NCBI GenBank assembly: GCA_050251055.1
Contig: JBFWNL010000005.1
Location: 160,001-224,000 of the forward strand
Reading direction: 5' to 3'
DNA length: 64,000 bases
Source: Bacteriovoracia bacterium
Lineage (GTDB): Bacteria > Bdellovibrionota > UBA1018 > JBFWNL01
Each line of letters starts with the position of its first letter. Position 1 is the first letter of the stretch. Below, piece by piece: positions 18,125 to 27,311 of this stretch. Under the pieces are notes generated by a model that was not told where the DNA came from, made no database searches, and saw nothing but the letters and a program-made list of their open reading frames with translations. The position numbers and the translations under genes are program-made.

Positions 18125-18253
18125 CACCGGCGCTATTTTCTTTGGCCCAGATAAACCCACTTGAAATCAGTAGTTTAGCGGTCTTTTTCTGTACTGAAAT
18201 AATCAACAATTTTATGACAAAGCGTGGTAATCACTGCGGTTTAGGAGTATTCC

Positions 18254-19933
18254 ATGCAGTCTTTCCGCGACTTGAATTTGCATCCGGCGTTAGCCCAGGC
18301 CATTTCCGAACTGGGCTATGAAACGCCTAGCCCCATCCAGGCGGCGACCCTCCCCATCTTATTGGCCGAAACCCCCACGGACTTTTTGGGCTTAGCGGCT
18401 ACCGGCACGGGTAAGACCGCCGCGTTCGGCATTCCGCTCTTGCAACGGCTGCAGGCCTCGCGCCGTAAGCCGCAGGCGATCGTGCTATGCCCCACGCGCG
18501 AGCTCGCGATGCAGGTCGCCGGTCAACTCTCTCTCCTAGGCAAGCATCTGCGCGTGACGGCGCTTCCCGTGTACGGCGGCGCTAGTTACGTCGACCAGAT
18601 GCATGGCTTAAAGCACGGCGCGCAGATCATCGTCGGTACTCCCGGTCGCGTGATTGATCACATTGAACGGGGGACCTTGCGCCTGGAGGAAGTGCGGGCG
18701 GTCGTGCTCGACGAAGCCGATGAAATGATTTCCATGGGTTTCAAAGACGAACTTGAGCTGATTCTGCAACGGATTCCCGCCGAACAGCGAACGATCTGGC
18801 TATTTTCGGCGACGATGAGCCCCGAAGTGCGCCGGATGGCGAACGATTATCTACGCGCCCCGCAGGAAGTGAAAATCAATACGCAGGAGATGCTCTCCGA
18901 GAACGTACAGCAATATTACTACGTCACCCAGGAATCGAATAAGCCCGAAGTACTCTGCAAGCTCATTGACGCGGCCGATGATTTTTACGGCCTGGTGTTC
19001 TGCCAGACGAAGTCGCTGACGATGGATTTGACCAAGTATCTCGTGCAGCGCAAGTACCAGGTGGATTGCCTGCATGGCGACATGGATCAGACCGCACGCG
19101 ATCGCACGATGAAGGGTTTTCGCGACAAGAAGTCCCGTATTTTGGTGTGTACGGATGTCGCCGCTCGCGGTCTCGACGTGAAGGACGTTTCCCACGTCGT
19201 CAATTACTCGCTGCCGCGCGAGCTTGAAAATTACGTGCACCGAATCGGACGTACGGCCCGCAGCGGAAAATCCGGCATCGCCATGAGCCTGGTTACGAAC
19301 AGCCACCGCGGGTTGGTGGGTGCCATTGAGCGTCTGACCAAAAGCAAGATGGAAGAGGGCAAGATCCCGACCCGTAAAGAGTTAGCCGGGAAAAAGTTGG
19401 CCCAAGTGCTCGCTACTTTCAAAGAGCAAAAAAATTTCACGCGCGCTCTGGAGTTGATGGGTGACGACTGGAAGGCGGCGCTCGCGGAGATGCCGCCCGC
19501 GGAAATCGGCGCCCGCATGCTCTCGCTCTTATTTCCCGAAGTGTTCGCCGAGGAAAAAATGGGCGGGTTTGCCCAGAAGCACGAACACCGCACGACGCGC
19601 CCGTTTTCGGGCGGTCGTCCGCGCGGCCCTCGCCGATCGGATGGAGATGGCGCTCGCTTTGAACGGCGCCCCCGGTTTGACCGCCGTGAACGCTCGGGTG
19701 AATCCGGGTCGTTCCAGCCAGGTGATTCCGGAAAACCGCGCTTTGACCGGAAGCCGCGCTTTGAGAAAAAGAAATTCGTAGACCGTCCCGCGGGCGCGCC
19801 AGGCGCCGACGGGGGCCCGCGCTGGAAGCCCGGCAAGGGCAAGTTCGGCGCGCGCCCACTACGTCCCCGTTCGGAGAAGATCCGTGGCGCGGTCGGCGGC
19901 GCCAATCGCCCCGGCCCGACTCGCGCGGAGTAA
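18254..19933 (+). CDS. deaD: DEAD-box RNA helicase (DeaD/CsdA-like)
   Basis: Q motif, GTGKT, PTRELA, DEAD, SAT, HRIGRT; Arg-rich tail. Confidence 0.85.
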   Translation: MQSFRDLNLHPALAQAISELGYETPSPIQAATLPILLAETPTDFLGLAATGTGKTAAFGIPLLQRLQASRRKPQAIVLCPTRELAMQVAGQLSLLGKHLRVTALPVYGGASYVDQMHGLKHGAQIIVGTPGRVIDHIERGTLRLEEVRAVVLDEADEMISMGFKDELELILQRIPAEQRTIWLFSATMSPEVRRMANDYLRAPQEVKINTQEMLSENVQQYYYVTQESNKPEVLCKLIDAADDFYGLVFCQTKSLTMDLTKYLVQRKYQVDCLHGDMDQTARDRTMKGFRDKKSRILVCTDVAARGLDVKDVSHVVNYSLPRELENYVHRIGRTARSGKSGIAMSLVTNSHRGLVGAIERLTKSKMEEGKIPTRKELAGKKLAQVLATFKEQKNFTRALELMGDDWKAALAEMPPAEIGARMLSLLFPEVFAEEKMGGFAQKHEHRTTRPFSGGRPRGPRRSDGDGARFERRPRFDRRERSGESGSFQPGDSGKPRFDRKPRFEKKKFVDRPAGAPGADGGPRWKPGKGKFGARPLRPRSEKIRGAVGGANRPGPTRAE

Positions 19934-19942
19934 GGCACTCCC

Positions 19943-21421
19943 ATGGCCCTGGAATCAACTCAAACGAGCTTGCTTTCTCCGGAACTAGAGGCCGTGACCC
20001 GCGAGCTGGGTTACCACACGCTCACGCCCGTGCAGCGGCGGTGCATTCCGGTGATTCTGGCGGGCCGGGACCTAGTGGCGCAGTCGAAGACCGGCAGCGG
20101 CAAGACCGCGGCCTTCGCGCTTCCGATGATTGAACAGCTGATGAAGGATGTCGCCCCCAAGCGTCCAGGCGAACGCCCGTCCCTGCATGGGTTGGTGCTA
20201 TGCCCCACGCGTGAGCTCTGTACCCAGGTGGCGCGTGAAATCCGTAAAGTGGGACGCCGCTTGTCGGGGCTCCAGGTTTTAATTCTTTCCGGCGGTCAGC
20301 CCGGCGGTCCGCAACGGGCTTCGCTCGAAAAGGGGGTGCACGTCGTGGTGGGTACGCCCGGCCGGGTGCTCGATCATCTCAATCGCCAGAGCTTGGATGT
20401 CTCGCGCGTGCGCACGCTTGTGCTGGATGAGGCGGATCGCATGCTCGACATGGGGTTTCAGGTCGATATGGAAAAAATTCTCGTCGCATTGCCGGCGGAG
20501 CGCCAGACGGTGTTCTTCTCGGCCACTTATCCGGCTTCGATCGTAAAGCTTTCCCGCCGTTATCAAAAAGATCCCGAGCGCGTGATCATAGAAGATCCGG
20601 AAGGTGGAGGTGCGCCTACTGAAATCGTCCAGCGCGCGTATTTGGTGGCTCCACCCGCCGAAGGCCTGCGTGAGGACGCCAAGGTAAAAGCCCTCCGCGC
20701 GGTTTTAGAAGAAATCCGTCCGAATTCGGCGATGATCTTTTGCAATTTGAAACAAACCGTGGCGGATCTCGCGCGGGACATGGCCAGCGCCGGCGTTAGC
20801 GTCGCCGGCCTTAGCGGCGATCTGGAGCAGTCGGCTCGTGATCGCGTCATGGCGAAGTTTCGTAACCAAAGCACGCGCGTGCTGGTGGCGACCGACGTCG
20901 CGTCCCGGGGGATCGATGTCGAGGCGCTCGACCTCGTTGTTAATTTCGACTTACCCCACGAGCCGGAGATCTATGTGCACCGGGTGGGCCGGACGGGGCG
21001 CGCGGGCCAGTCGGGGCTGGCGGTTTCGCTCTATTTTTCCTCTGAAGAACGTCGCTTAAAGCAGATTGAGCGATTTACGAATAAACCGATTGAACGCCTG
21101 GCCGCGGCTACACCGGCTCCAACCGTGAAGCCCGAGCTCGTGAAAGGCGCCGTCTTGGCAAAGCCCCTGGCGATGCCCACGGCCGCGATGGAGACCTTGT
21201 ATATTTCCGGTGGACGCAAAGAGAAGATGCGTCCGGGGGATATTCTGGGTGCCCTGACCGGTGAAGCGGGCGGATTACCGGCGGCGCAGGTGGGGAAGAT
21301 AGAAATTCACGATCATTTTTCTTACGTCGCGGTGTCGCGCGAGGTGGCGCGCATTGCGCTGGCTCGTCTTCGGAACGGTCGTATCAAGGGTAGAAAGTTT
21401 AAGATCGAGCCCGTTCGGTAG
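19943..21421 (+). CDS. dbpA: ATP-dependent RNA helicase DbpA
   Basis: DEAD motifs plus C-terminal GG.K.K.RPGDILGALTG RNA-binding domain. Confidence 0.92.
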   Translation: MALESTQTSLLSPELEAVTRELGYHTLTPVQRRCIPVILAGRDLVAQSKTGSGKTAAFALPMIEQLMKDVAPKRPGERPSLHGLVLCPTRELCTQVAREIRKVGRRLSGLQVLILSGGQPGGPQRASLEKGVHVVVGTPGRVLDHLNRQSLDVSRVRTLVLDEADRMLDMGFQVDMEKILVALPAERQTVFFSATYPASIVKLSRRYQKDPERVIIEDPEGGGAPTEIVQRAYLVAPPAEGLREDAKVKALRAVLEEIRPNSAMIFCNLKQTVADLARDMASAGVSVAGLSGDLEQSARDRVMAKFRNQSTRVLVATDVASRGIDVEALDLVVNFDLPHEPEIYVHRVGRTGRAGQSGLAVSLYFSSEERRLKQIERFTNKPIERLAAATPAPTVKPELVKGAVLAKPLAMPTAAMETLYISGGRKEKMRPGDILGALTGEAGGLPAAQVGKIEIHDHFSYVAVSREVARIALARLRNGRIKGRKFKIEPVR

Positions 21422-21446
21422 ATCGAAAACCGAAGCAGGGGATGCG

Positions 21447-21674
21447 CTACTTCGAGCTTAAGGTCGCGCGGGCGAGCGCCACGGCTTTTTCTTCGTCGAT
21501 GACTTCGGCTTGCGCGAATTCCCCGGTGGCTGCCTTGCCGCGGGCGTCGGCTAGCGTGGACATGGCTTGACGGATAATCTGCCGCATTTCTTCGACGCCG
21601 AGATCGGGATTGATTTCCAGGATTCGGTTCATCACTTTACCGATGGAAGGGCTGCGCATTACTACCTGAGCCAT
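21447..21674 (-). CDS. Small hypothetical protein resembling a subtilase C-terminal tail
   Basis: ILEINPDL.VEEMRQII...VIDEEKAV. Confidence 0.5.
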   Translation of the reverse strand: MAQVVMRSPSIGKVMNRILEINPDLGVEEMRQIIRQAMSTLADARGKAATGEFAQAEVIDEEKAVALARATLSSK

Positions 21675-21705
21675 GCCGGATAAATAGCATATACCCGACC
21701 AAAAG

Positions 21706-22089
21706 TCACCCTTTGGTCCGGATGCCTTCTTTCTCAAGTAAGCCGCGGATTTGGTCGCGTTTATCGCCTTGGATTTCGATCAGGCCTTCTTTACCTTCCA
21801 TCGAATAGGTCCCGCCGGTCCCGCACTTCTTCTTGAGTAGCGTGGTTAGATCTTTTAGGAAGAGGATGTTCTTGGGCAGATCGTCGATCACGGTGACCGT
21901 CTTGCCGCCGCGGCCTTGCTTTTCGATCCTGAGCTTGGCCACGAAGTTATACCTCCCGCTGTTTTCGGACTTCGTGGGCGTGGCGGCCTGGGGTGGGCAG
22001 CGGCATTCGGATTGGACCTCTTTGCAGCGGTCGCATTTCCGGTTCTGGGCGGGGTCGGTCGAGTAGACCAAACGGCGGTCGGAGCTCAT
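21706..22089 (-). CDS. yciH: SUI1/YciH translation initiation factor family
   Basis: LVYST; GRGGKTVT; LKKKCGTGG; IEIQGD. Confidence 0.9.
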   Translation of the reverse strand: MSSDRRLVYSTDPAQNRKCDRCKEVQSECRCPPQAATPTKSENSGRYNFVAKLRIEKQGRGGKTVTVIDDLPKNILFLKDLTTLLKKKCGTGGTYSMEGKEGLIEIQGDKRDQIRGLLEKEGIRTKG

Positions 22090-22135
22090 GACCTTGTTCT
22101 TGTCAAATTTCGGAGAAACCCGCAAACTCAAAGCC

Positions 22136-22801
22136 ATGCGGCACCACCCCGATAACCAGCGAATTCCCTGCCTGCGTTGCCGTAAATCCCCCCGTACTTG
22201 TTACTGCCACCTCTTGCGGCCGTTTCGGTCCTCGACCCAGTTCGTGATTTTGCAACATCCCAAGGAGCGTCGCAAAGCCATCGGAACCGCCCGCATGGTC
22301 CATCTGTCGATGGAGGGCTCGGAGCTGCGGGTGGGGAAGGAGTTTGATGACGACCCGGTGGTGAGCCAGTACCTGAAGGACGAGAGTCGCCATTGCGTCG
22401 TGCTCTTTCCAAGCGAGCGTTCAGCGAACTTAAGCACCGCGCGAGAGGCGGGGGAGTTGGACCGATGGATTCCGCCCGGCAAGAATCTCGTGGTTTTCGT
22501 GCTCGATGGTACCTGGACCCAGGCCAAGCGCATCTTGGAGCGGAGCCTGAAGCTCGCGCGCTTGCCCCAGGTCTGCTTTACGGTTCGTGAGAAATCACAG
22601 TACCGGATCCGCCAACAGCCTGAAGATTATTGCCTTTCCACCTTAGAGGCGGTCACCGAAGTATTGAATATCTTGGAGACCGGCGCTCCCGTCGAAAACC
22701 TGACCCAGGTTTTTCATTCCATGGTAGAGACCCAGCTAGGATTTTCTGCCTATGTCAAAGCGCCCGCCTCAATCCCGAGCCCTGCCCCAGCAGCCTTATG
22801 A
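22136..22801 (+). CDS. DTW-domain tRNA-uridine aminocarboxypropyltransferase
   Basis: C..C....C.C; QHP.E; LFP; DGTW; LSTLEA. Confidence 0.9.
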   Translation: MRHHPDNQRIPCLRCRKSPRTCYCHLLRPFRSSTQFVILQHPKERRKAIGTARMVHLSMEGSELRVGKEFDDDPVVSQYLKDESRHCVVLFPSERSANLSTAREAGELDRWIPPGKNLVVFVLDGTWTQAKRILERSLKLARLPQVCFTVREKSQYRIRQQPEDYCLSTLEAVTEVLNILETGAPVENLTQVFHSMVETQLGFSAYVKAPASIPSPAPAAL

Positions 22802-23612
22802 CGAGCTGCTCTTGAAGCGGAGTCGCCTCTATCGGCGCTCGCGCGAACTTTACCGCGCGCAAGGGGGAACCTTCGAGGCCGCGCTTTGGTCCTCGCCTCG
22901 CAGCCTGGGTTCGCCTTTGTTGCTCGAAAACCATATTGGCTATAGCCCATTGGGTGCCGAGCTCGAGTGGTCGCTCACGGACCGCTTGCAGAAGCGCGAA
23001 AAAAAGCATCTGGAACAGGTGCGCTCCTTCGTGACGAACGTATTTCATGAGCAGAGCCATCGCATCCTGTGGCGCCATTTCCGGGAAGCGGGGATTGCGT
23101 GCCCGCAGTCGCGTGAGGAAGCCTTCCGTTTTTTGAATCTGGTTGAAGCGTTGGTGGTGATCCTGGATATGGCGCTCGGCGATGATCTGGGAATGCGCGT
23201 GGCGCGTCCGCTGTATGGGTTGGGGGTCGTTTATAATCCTGGCTCGACTTTCATGAGCCCGCGTAAGCTAGGTCCGCGCGGCTATCGCAATGCTTTACAG
23301 GTAGCGCTCCACGCGACTTACTTGCGACTCGAAGGTATGCACGCCGACGATATTCCCGGCGCCGTGCGGGCCGCTTTCCCAGGGCTGAGCCCGAAGTTAG
23401 TGGATGCGGCGACTCGCCGCGCGCTTTTGATTGAGCCGCTCTTCGTGGAGCTGACGAATCCCATTTGGCAAAAACGCCACGTGAAGGTGGTCATGCGCGA
23501 GTGGGCGCCTCGAAGGGGAGCAAAGCCGCTACGGCTGCCGCATCGGAAGCCCACCGAGAATCACCAAGCCTATCTCATCGCGGAAACGTGGCTCGCGAGG
23601 TTCGGGCTATGA
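22752..23612 (+). CDS. Hypothetical HExxH protein
   Basis: FHEQSH...VEALV; overlaps both neighbours in an operon-like way. Confidence 0.7.
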   Translation: MSKRPPQSRALPQQPYDELLLKRSRLYRRSRELYRAQGGTFEAALWSSPRSLGSPLLLENHIGYSPLGAELEWSLTDRLQKREKKHLEQVRSFVTNVFHEQSHRILWRHFREAGIACPQSREEAFRFLNLVEALVVILDMALGDDLGMRVARPLYGLGVVYNPGSTFMSPRKLGPRGYRNALQVALHATYLRLEGMHADDIPGAVRAAFPGLSPKLVDAATRRALLIEPLFVELTNPIWQKRHVKVVMREWAPRRGAKPLRLPHRKPTENHQAYLIAETWLARFGL

Positions 23613-24205
23613 AGCGCGGATCGGACCCCCGCAAGATGACGGAAGTCACGCCGGAAGTGATCATCGAACTGTTTGACCGTACGTTTCTCGCCTCGACGAA
23701 CACGCGCTTGCGCGGGGGCTTTCCGGAGCCGATCTACCTACCCGAGCAGGCACCGGGGCCGGCGGAAATCCGCTTTACGCGCGACTATCTCCGCAGTGCG
23801 CTTCACGAAATCGCCCATTGGTGCATTGCCGGGGCCGCGCGGCGGCGCGAAGTAGATTATGGGTACTGGTATCGTCCGGATGGACGCAATGCCGCAGAGC
23901 AGATGGAATTCTTTCGTATTGAAGTGAAGCCGCAAGCAGTCGAGCTTGCGTTCTCGCGCCGGATCGGAGTCGACTTCCAGGTGAGCTGCGACAATCTCGA
24001 CGGGGTGGTGCCCGCGCACGGAAGCTTCACGGAGAAGGATTTCGCGGCTCTGGTGGATCGGCAGCTCGCCGACTTTGAGCGGGATGGGTTTCCTCCGCGC
24101 GCGCGGATTTTCCTGGATGCGCTGGAGATGCGGTGGAGACGCGCTGGGTGCGTTGAGAATTCCGAGAGCATCGGAAGCTGGATTAACGGTCGCCGACCGA
24201 GCTGA
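23609..24205 (+). CDS. epmC: Elongation factor P hydroxylase
   Basis: EP.YLP; SALHEIAHWC.AG..RR..DYGYWY.PDGR; EVKPQA.E; S.DNL. Confidence 0.92.
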   Translation: MKRGSDPRKMTEVTPEVIIELFDRTFLASTNTRLRGGFPEPIYLPEQAPGPAEIRFTRDYLRSALHEIAHWCIAGAARRREVDYGYWYRPDGRNAAEQMEFFRIEVKPQAVELAFSRRIGVDFQVSCDNLDGVVPAHGSFTEKDFAALVDRQLADFERDGFPPRARIFLDALEMRWRRAGCVENSESIGSWINGRRPS

Positions 24206-26252
24206 ACTGCGGATGGGCCAGGATCGCGGCCTCGAACTTTTCTCGAACGCTCGCCCCGTCCTTTAAACCAACGGGGAATTTCGCGTTGCTCTTCTGCCAA
24301 CGCGACAGCCACTCCGGTCCCAGTAGGCCTGGTCCCGGACGCGTGAATGCCATCGTGGTTTCCGCCTTGGGACCGGTTGAAGCCCCGGCACCGACGAAGA
24401 ATCCCGCCGAGAGCAATCCCGCGCGGACGGCGGTTGAATTGGAATAAGTGAAGAGTTCCACCGCCCGCTCCGAGCAGCGATCGAAGAGCTTCGCGAAAGC
24501 AGCGGGGGTCCACAACGCGGAGTCCACCCGCGGTGAAAATGGATCATAGAATATCAGATCGGGGGGGGGGAGGACGCGTTCCCCGCGTTCTGCCTCGTCG
24601 AGATGCATTAGGAAGTCACCCGTGTGCAACTCCCATTGGAAGTGGCCTTCGCCGGAGGCCCAGCGCCCGTCTTTCAGTAGATAATGAGGAGCCGAATGCC
24701 AAAGATGCGGAAACAGAATCTGGTGTTTGAGCGCCAAGCGCAGGGGATCCAGGTCGATCTCGAAGCTGACGATCTTCAACGGACGGGTGCCGACCACGCC
24801 CTTCGCCTTGAGAACGCGCTCGTAAGCCTGTACCGCCGCCATGGCGTTCGTTGCCGCGCCCAGGCCTACGTCCCAGATCACGAGCGGGGCGGACGTGCCT
24901 TCGGGGCCCTTAGATTCCGGCTCGACGTCCGCTAAGCGTTCAGCCAGGCGGGATTGCTGGACATAGAGGCGATTGGCTTCTTCCGTCGGGTCGCTCACCG
25001 AATGCATCACTTCGCCGGAGCTGATTTGTCTCACGCTGGCGAAAGTTTCCGATTCTTGGATTTCGTAATTACCCAGGCGTAGCACCCGCGGCGCCTTCTT
25101 GGGCGGCCTACGCACTGATTCTGGCAGGTGGTCGGTATCGACGCGCACGAGGGTCTCGCGCTGGCGACGGTAGTATTCGGAGAATGTGCCGTCCAGGATC
25201 GCCGAACGCATTTCTCGCATCAATCGATGATAGAAATGAATGTTGTGGGTGCTGACTAAAGTCCAGCCCAGGGGCTCGTATGCCTTATGTAAGTGATGGA
25301 GGTACGCGCGCGAGTACTGCTCGCAGGTTGGGCAATCGCAATCCGGATCGAGCCCCGCTTCGTCGAACTTGTAGTCCGAGCGTTTGAGCTGCAGCTTGCC
25401 CCTCGAGGTGAAGGCCACGCCCTGCTGGGCAAACGCCGAAGGAATGATGCAATCGAACATATCCACGCCGCGGTGGACGGCTTCTAGGATGTCGATGGGC
25501 GTACCCACGCCCATGAGGTAGCGGGGAAGGTTGCGCGGCAACAAAGCGGCGGTCGCTTCGCAGAACTCTTCGCGCTGTCCCTTGGTTTCGCCGACCGCGA
25601 GTCCCCCGATGGCGAAGCCATCAAAAGGGAGCTGGGTCAGGAAATCCACGCTCTGTTTGCGCAGGTCGTGAAAGCAGGCGCCTTGGGCGATGCCGAACAT
25701 CGCTTGCGGCGAGTCACCGCGCGCATCTAGGCTTCGTTTCGCCCAGCGGTGGGTCAGCTCCATCGCGGCGATCGCTTCCGGCTTGCCCGCCGTGGAAGGG
25801 ATACACTGATCGAGCACCATCATGATGTCACTGCCGATGGCTTTTTGCATTTCGATGCTTGCTTCGGGCGACAGCAGGTAAGTGTCACCGTCCACGTAGC
25901 TTTGGAAGCGCGCGCCGTCTTCGCTCATCTGCCGCATGTCATGGAGCTTGAAGATCTGAAAACCGCCCGAGTCCGTGAGCACGGGTCCGTCCCAGTTCAT
26001 GAAGCGGTGGATACCTCCGAACTTGCGGAATACCTCCGGTCCCGGGCGCAATAGCAGATGATACGTGTTAGCGAGCAGGATACGTGATCCCGCCGCGCGA
26101 AGTAAATCCACGCTCTGGCTCTTCACCGTTGCCTGGGTGCCCACCGGCATGAAAATAGGGGTGAGCACTTCTCCGTGCAGGGTTTGAAAGCGTCCGGCCC
26201 GGGCGCGGCTGCCCGGGGCTTCGGCTTCGAGCTGGAAATTCAAGCGGGACAT
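24183..26252 (-). CDS. tgt: tRNA-guanine transglycosylase fused to an MnmC/MnmD-type methyltransferase
   Basis: FMPVGT, NTYHL, DSGGFQ, GGLAVGE, C.C..C...H; C-terminal DVGLGAATN, SFE, DPFSP...LW, TYS. Confidence 0.93.
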   Translation of the reverse strand: MSRLNFQLEAEAPGSRARAGRFQTLHGEVLTPIFMPVGTQATVKSQSVDLLRAAGSRILLANTYHLLLRPGPEVFRKFGGIHRFMNWDGPVLTDSGGFQIFKLHDMRQMSEDGARFQSYVDGDTYLLSPEASIEMQKAIGSDIMMVLDQCIPSTAGKPEAIAAMELTHRWAKRSLDARGDSPQAMFGIAQGACFHDLRKQSVDFLTQLPFDGFAIGGLAVGETKGQREEFCEATAALLPRNLPRYLMGVGTPIDILEAVHRGVDMFDCIIPSAFAQQGVAFTSRGKLQLKRSDYKFDEAGLDPDCDCPTCEQYSRAYLHHLHKAYEPLGWTLVSTHNIHFYHRLMREMRSAILDGTFSEYYRRQRETLVRVDTDHLPESVRRPPKKAPRVLRLGNYEIQESETFASVRQISSGEVMHSVSDPTEEANRLYVQQSRLAERLADVEPESKGPEGTSAPLVIWDVGLGAATNAMAAVQAYERVLKAKGVVGTRPLKIVSFEIDLDPLRLALKHQILFPHLWHSAPHYLLKDGRWASGEGHFQWELHTGDFLMHLDEAERGERVLPPPDLIFYDPFSPRVDSALWTPAAFAKLFDRCSERAVELFTYSNSTAVRAGLLSAGFFVGAGASTGPKAETTMAFTRPGPGLLGPEWLSRWQKSNAKFPVGLKDGASVREKFEAAILAHPQFSSVGDR

Positions 26253-26270
26253 GCGTACTGCCTTCGGCCG

Positions 26271-26777
26271 CTACTTACGGAACGGCATTTCTCCCAAGTA
26301 GTCTTTCTTGCCCACGTCCACGCCGTTGTGGCGCAGGATGGAGTAAGCGGTCGTGAGGTGGAAGTAAAAGTTCGGGATCGCGTGCTGAGTGAGATACTCC
26401 GCGCCGTTCAGCCACTTGCCTTCCCAGCGGGGTTGGCTCACCTTGCGCTCTTCGGCACCCTGAAAGTCGGCGGCCGTGAGCGAATTCAGGTAGCTGATGG
26501 TGCTCTCGATACGCGCCTTGAGTTCAGCCAAGGTCTTTTCCTTATCGTCATGCGACGGCGCCTCTTTGCCGGTGAGTCGGGAGCAGCTGAGCTTGGCGGT
26601 GTCGCAAGTGATCTGCACCTGGCGGATGAAATTGAATTGATCCGGGGCTAGGCGCGCGTTCATGAGCACCTCGGTGTCGAACTTCTTGGTTTCGGCGTAA
26701 AGGGCGCCTTTGCTCAAAATAGCGTTTAAATTCCGTAACATCTTCGTGTATTGCGGGACGGTCAGTTCGTAGTACAT
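26271..26777 (-). CDS. DUF1993 family protein
   Basis: RLAPD; PNFYFHLTTAYSILRHNGVDVGK.DY. Confidence 0.92.
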   Translation of the reverse strand: MYYELTVPQYTKMLRNLNAILSKGALYAETKKFDTEVLMNARLAPDQFNFIRQVQITCDTAKLSCSRLTGKEAPSHDDKEKTLAELKARIESTISYLNSLTAADFQGAEERKVSQPRWEGKWLNGAEYLTQHAIPNFYFHLTTAYSILRHNGVDVGKKDYLGEMPFRK

Positions 26778-26891
26778 GCGGGTCTCCTTGGGTCTTCTGG
26801 TATGTAAGGCCGCGACTTTAGATCAATAAGGCGATCGAAACAATCCATTTTTCGGTTGTGGACGGTCGGTCCCCGGGGCTAAGATCGGCCC

Positions 26892-27311
26892 ATGCAAAGC
26901 GCTTGGGTTTTGGTTTATCCGATGGCGGCACTGGTGGGTTTTACCCTGCTTTTTTCATGCGTTATGCTCTTCACGCGCATCAACGAAGTGCGCCGCGGGC
27001 GCATGAGTGCCAGGTATTTCAAGACTTTTACGGAGGGCACTCCCACGCCAATCGTAGTCAAGTTATCGCGTCATTATAATAACCTGTTTGAGCTTCCGGT
27101 CATTTACTACGCGACGCTATTAATGATGATGATCCTGGGCATAACCTCATCGGCGGCGGTTGGCTTTGCCTGGCTCTTCGTCGCCGCGCGCGTGGCTCAC
27201 GCCTACATTCACGTCGGGTCTAACAAAATCGTCCCCCGTATTTTTGCCTTTGTCTTGGGTTGGGTGGCGATCCTGGGGTTGTGGTTCCAGGTTCTCGGTT
27301 ACGCGTCATGA
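26892..27311 (+). CDS. MAPEG family membrane protein
   Basis: N.FELPV.YY; W.FV..R..H..IH. Confidence 0.88.
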   Translation: MQSAWVLVYPMAALVGFTLLFSCVMLFTRINEVRRGRMSARYFKTFTEGTPTPIVVKLSRHYNNLFELPVIYYATLLMMMILGITSSAAVGFAWLFVAARVAHAYIHVGSNKIVPRIFAFVLGWVAILGLWFQVLGYAS

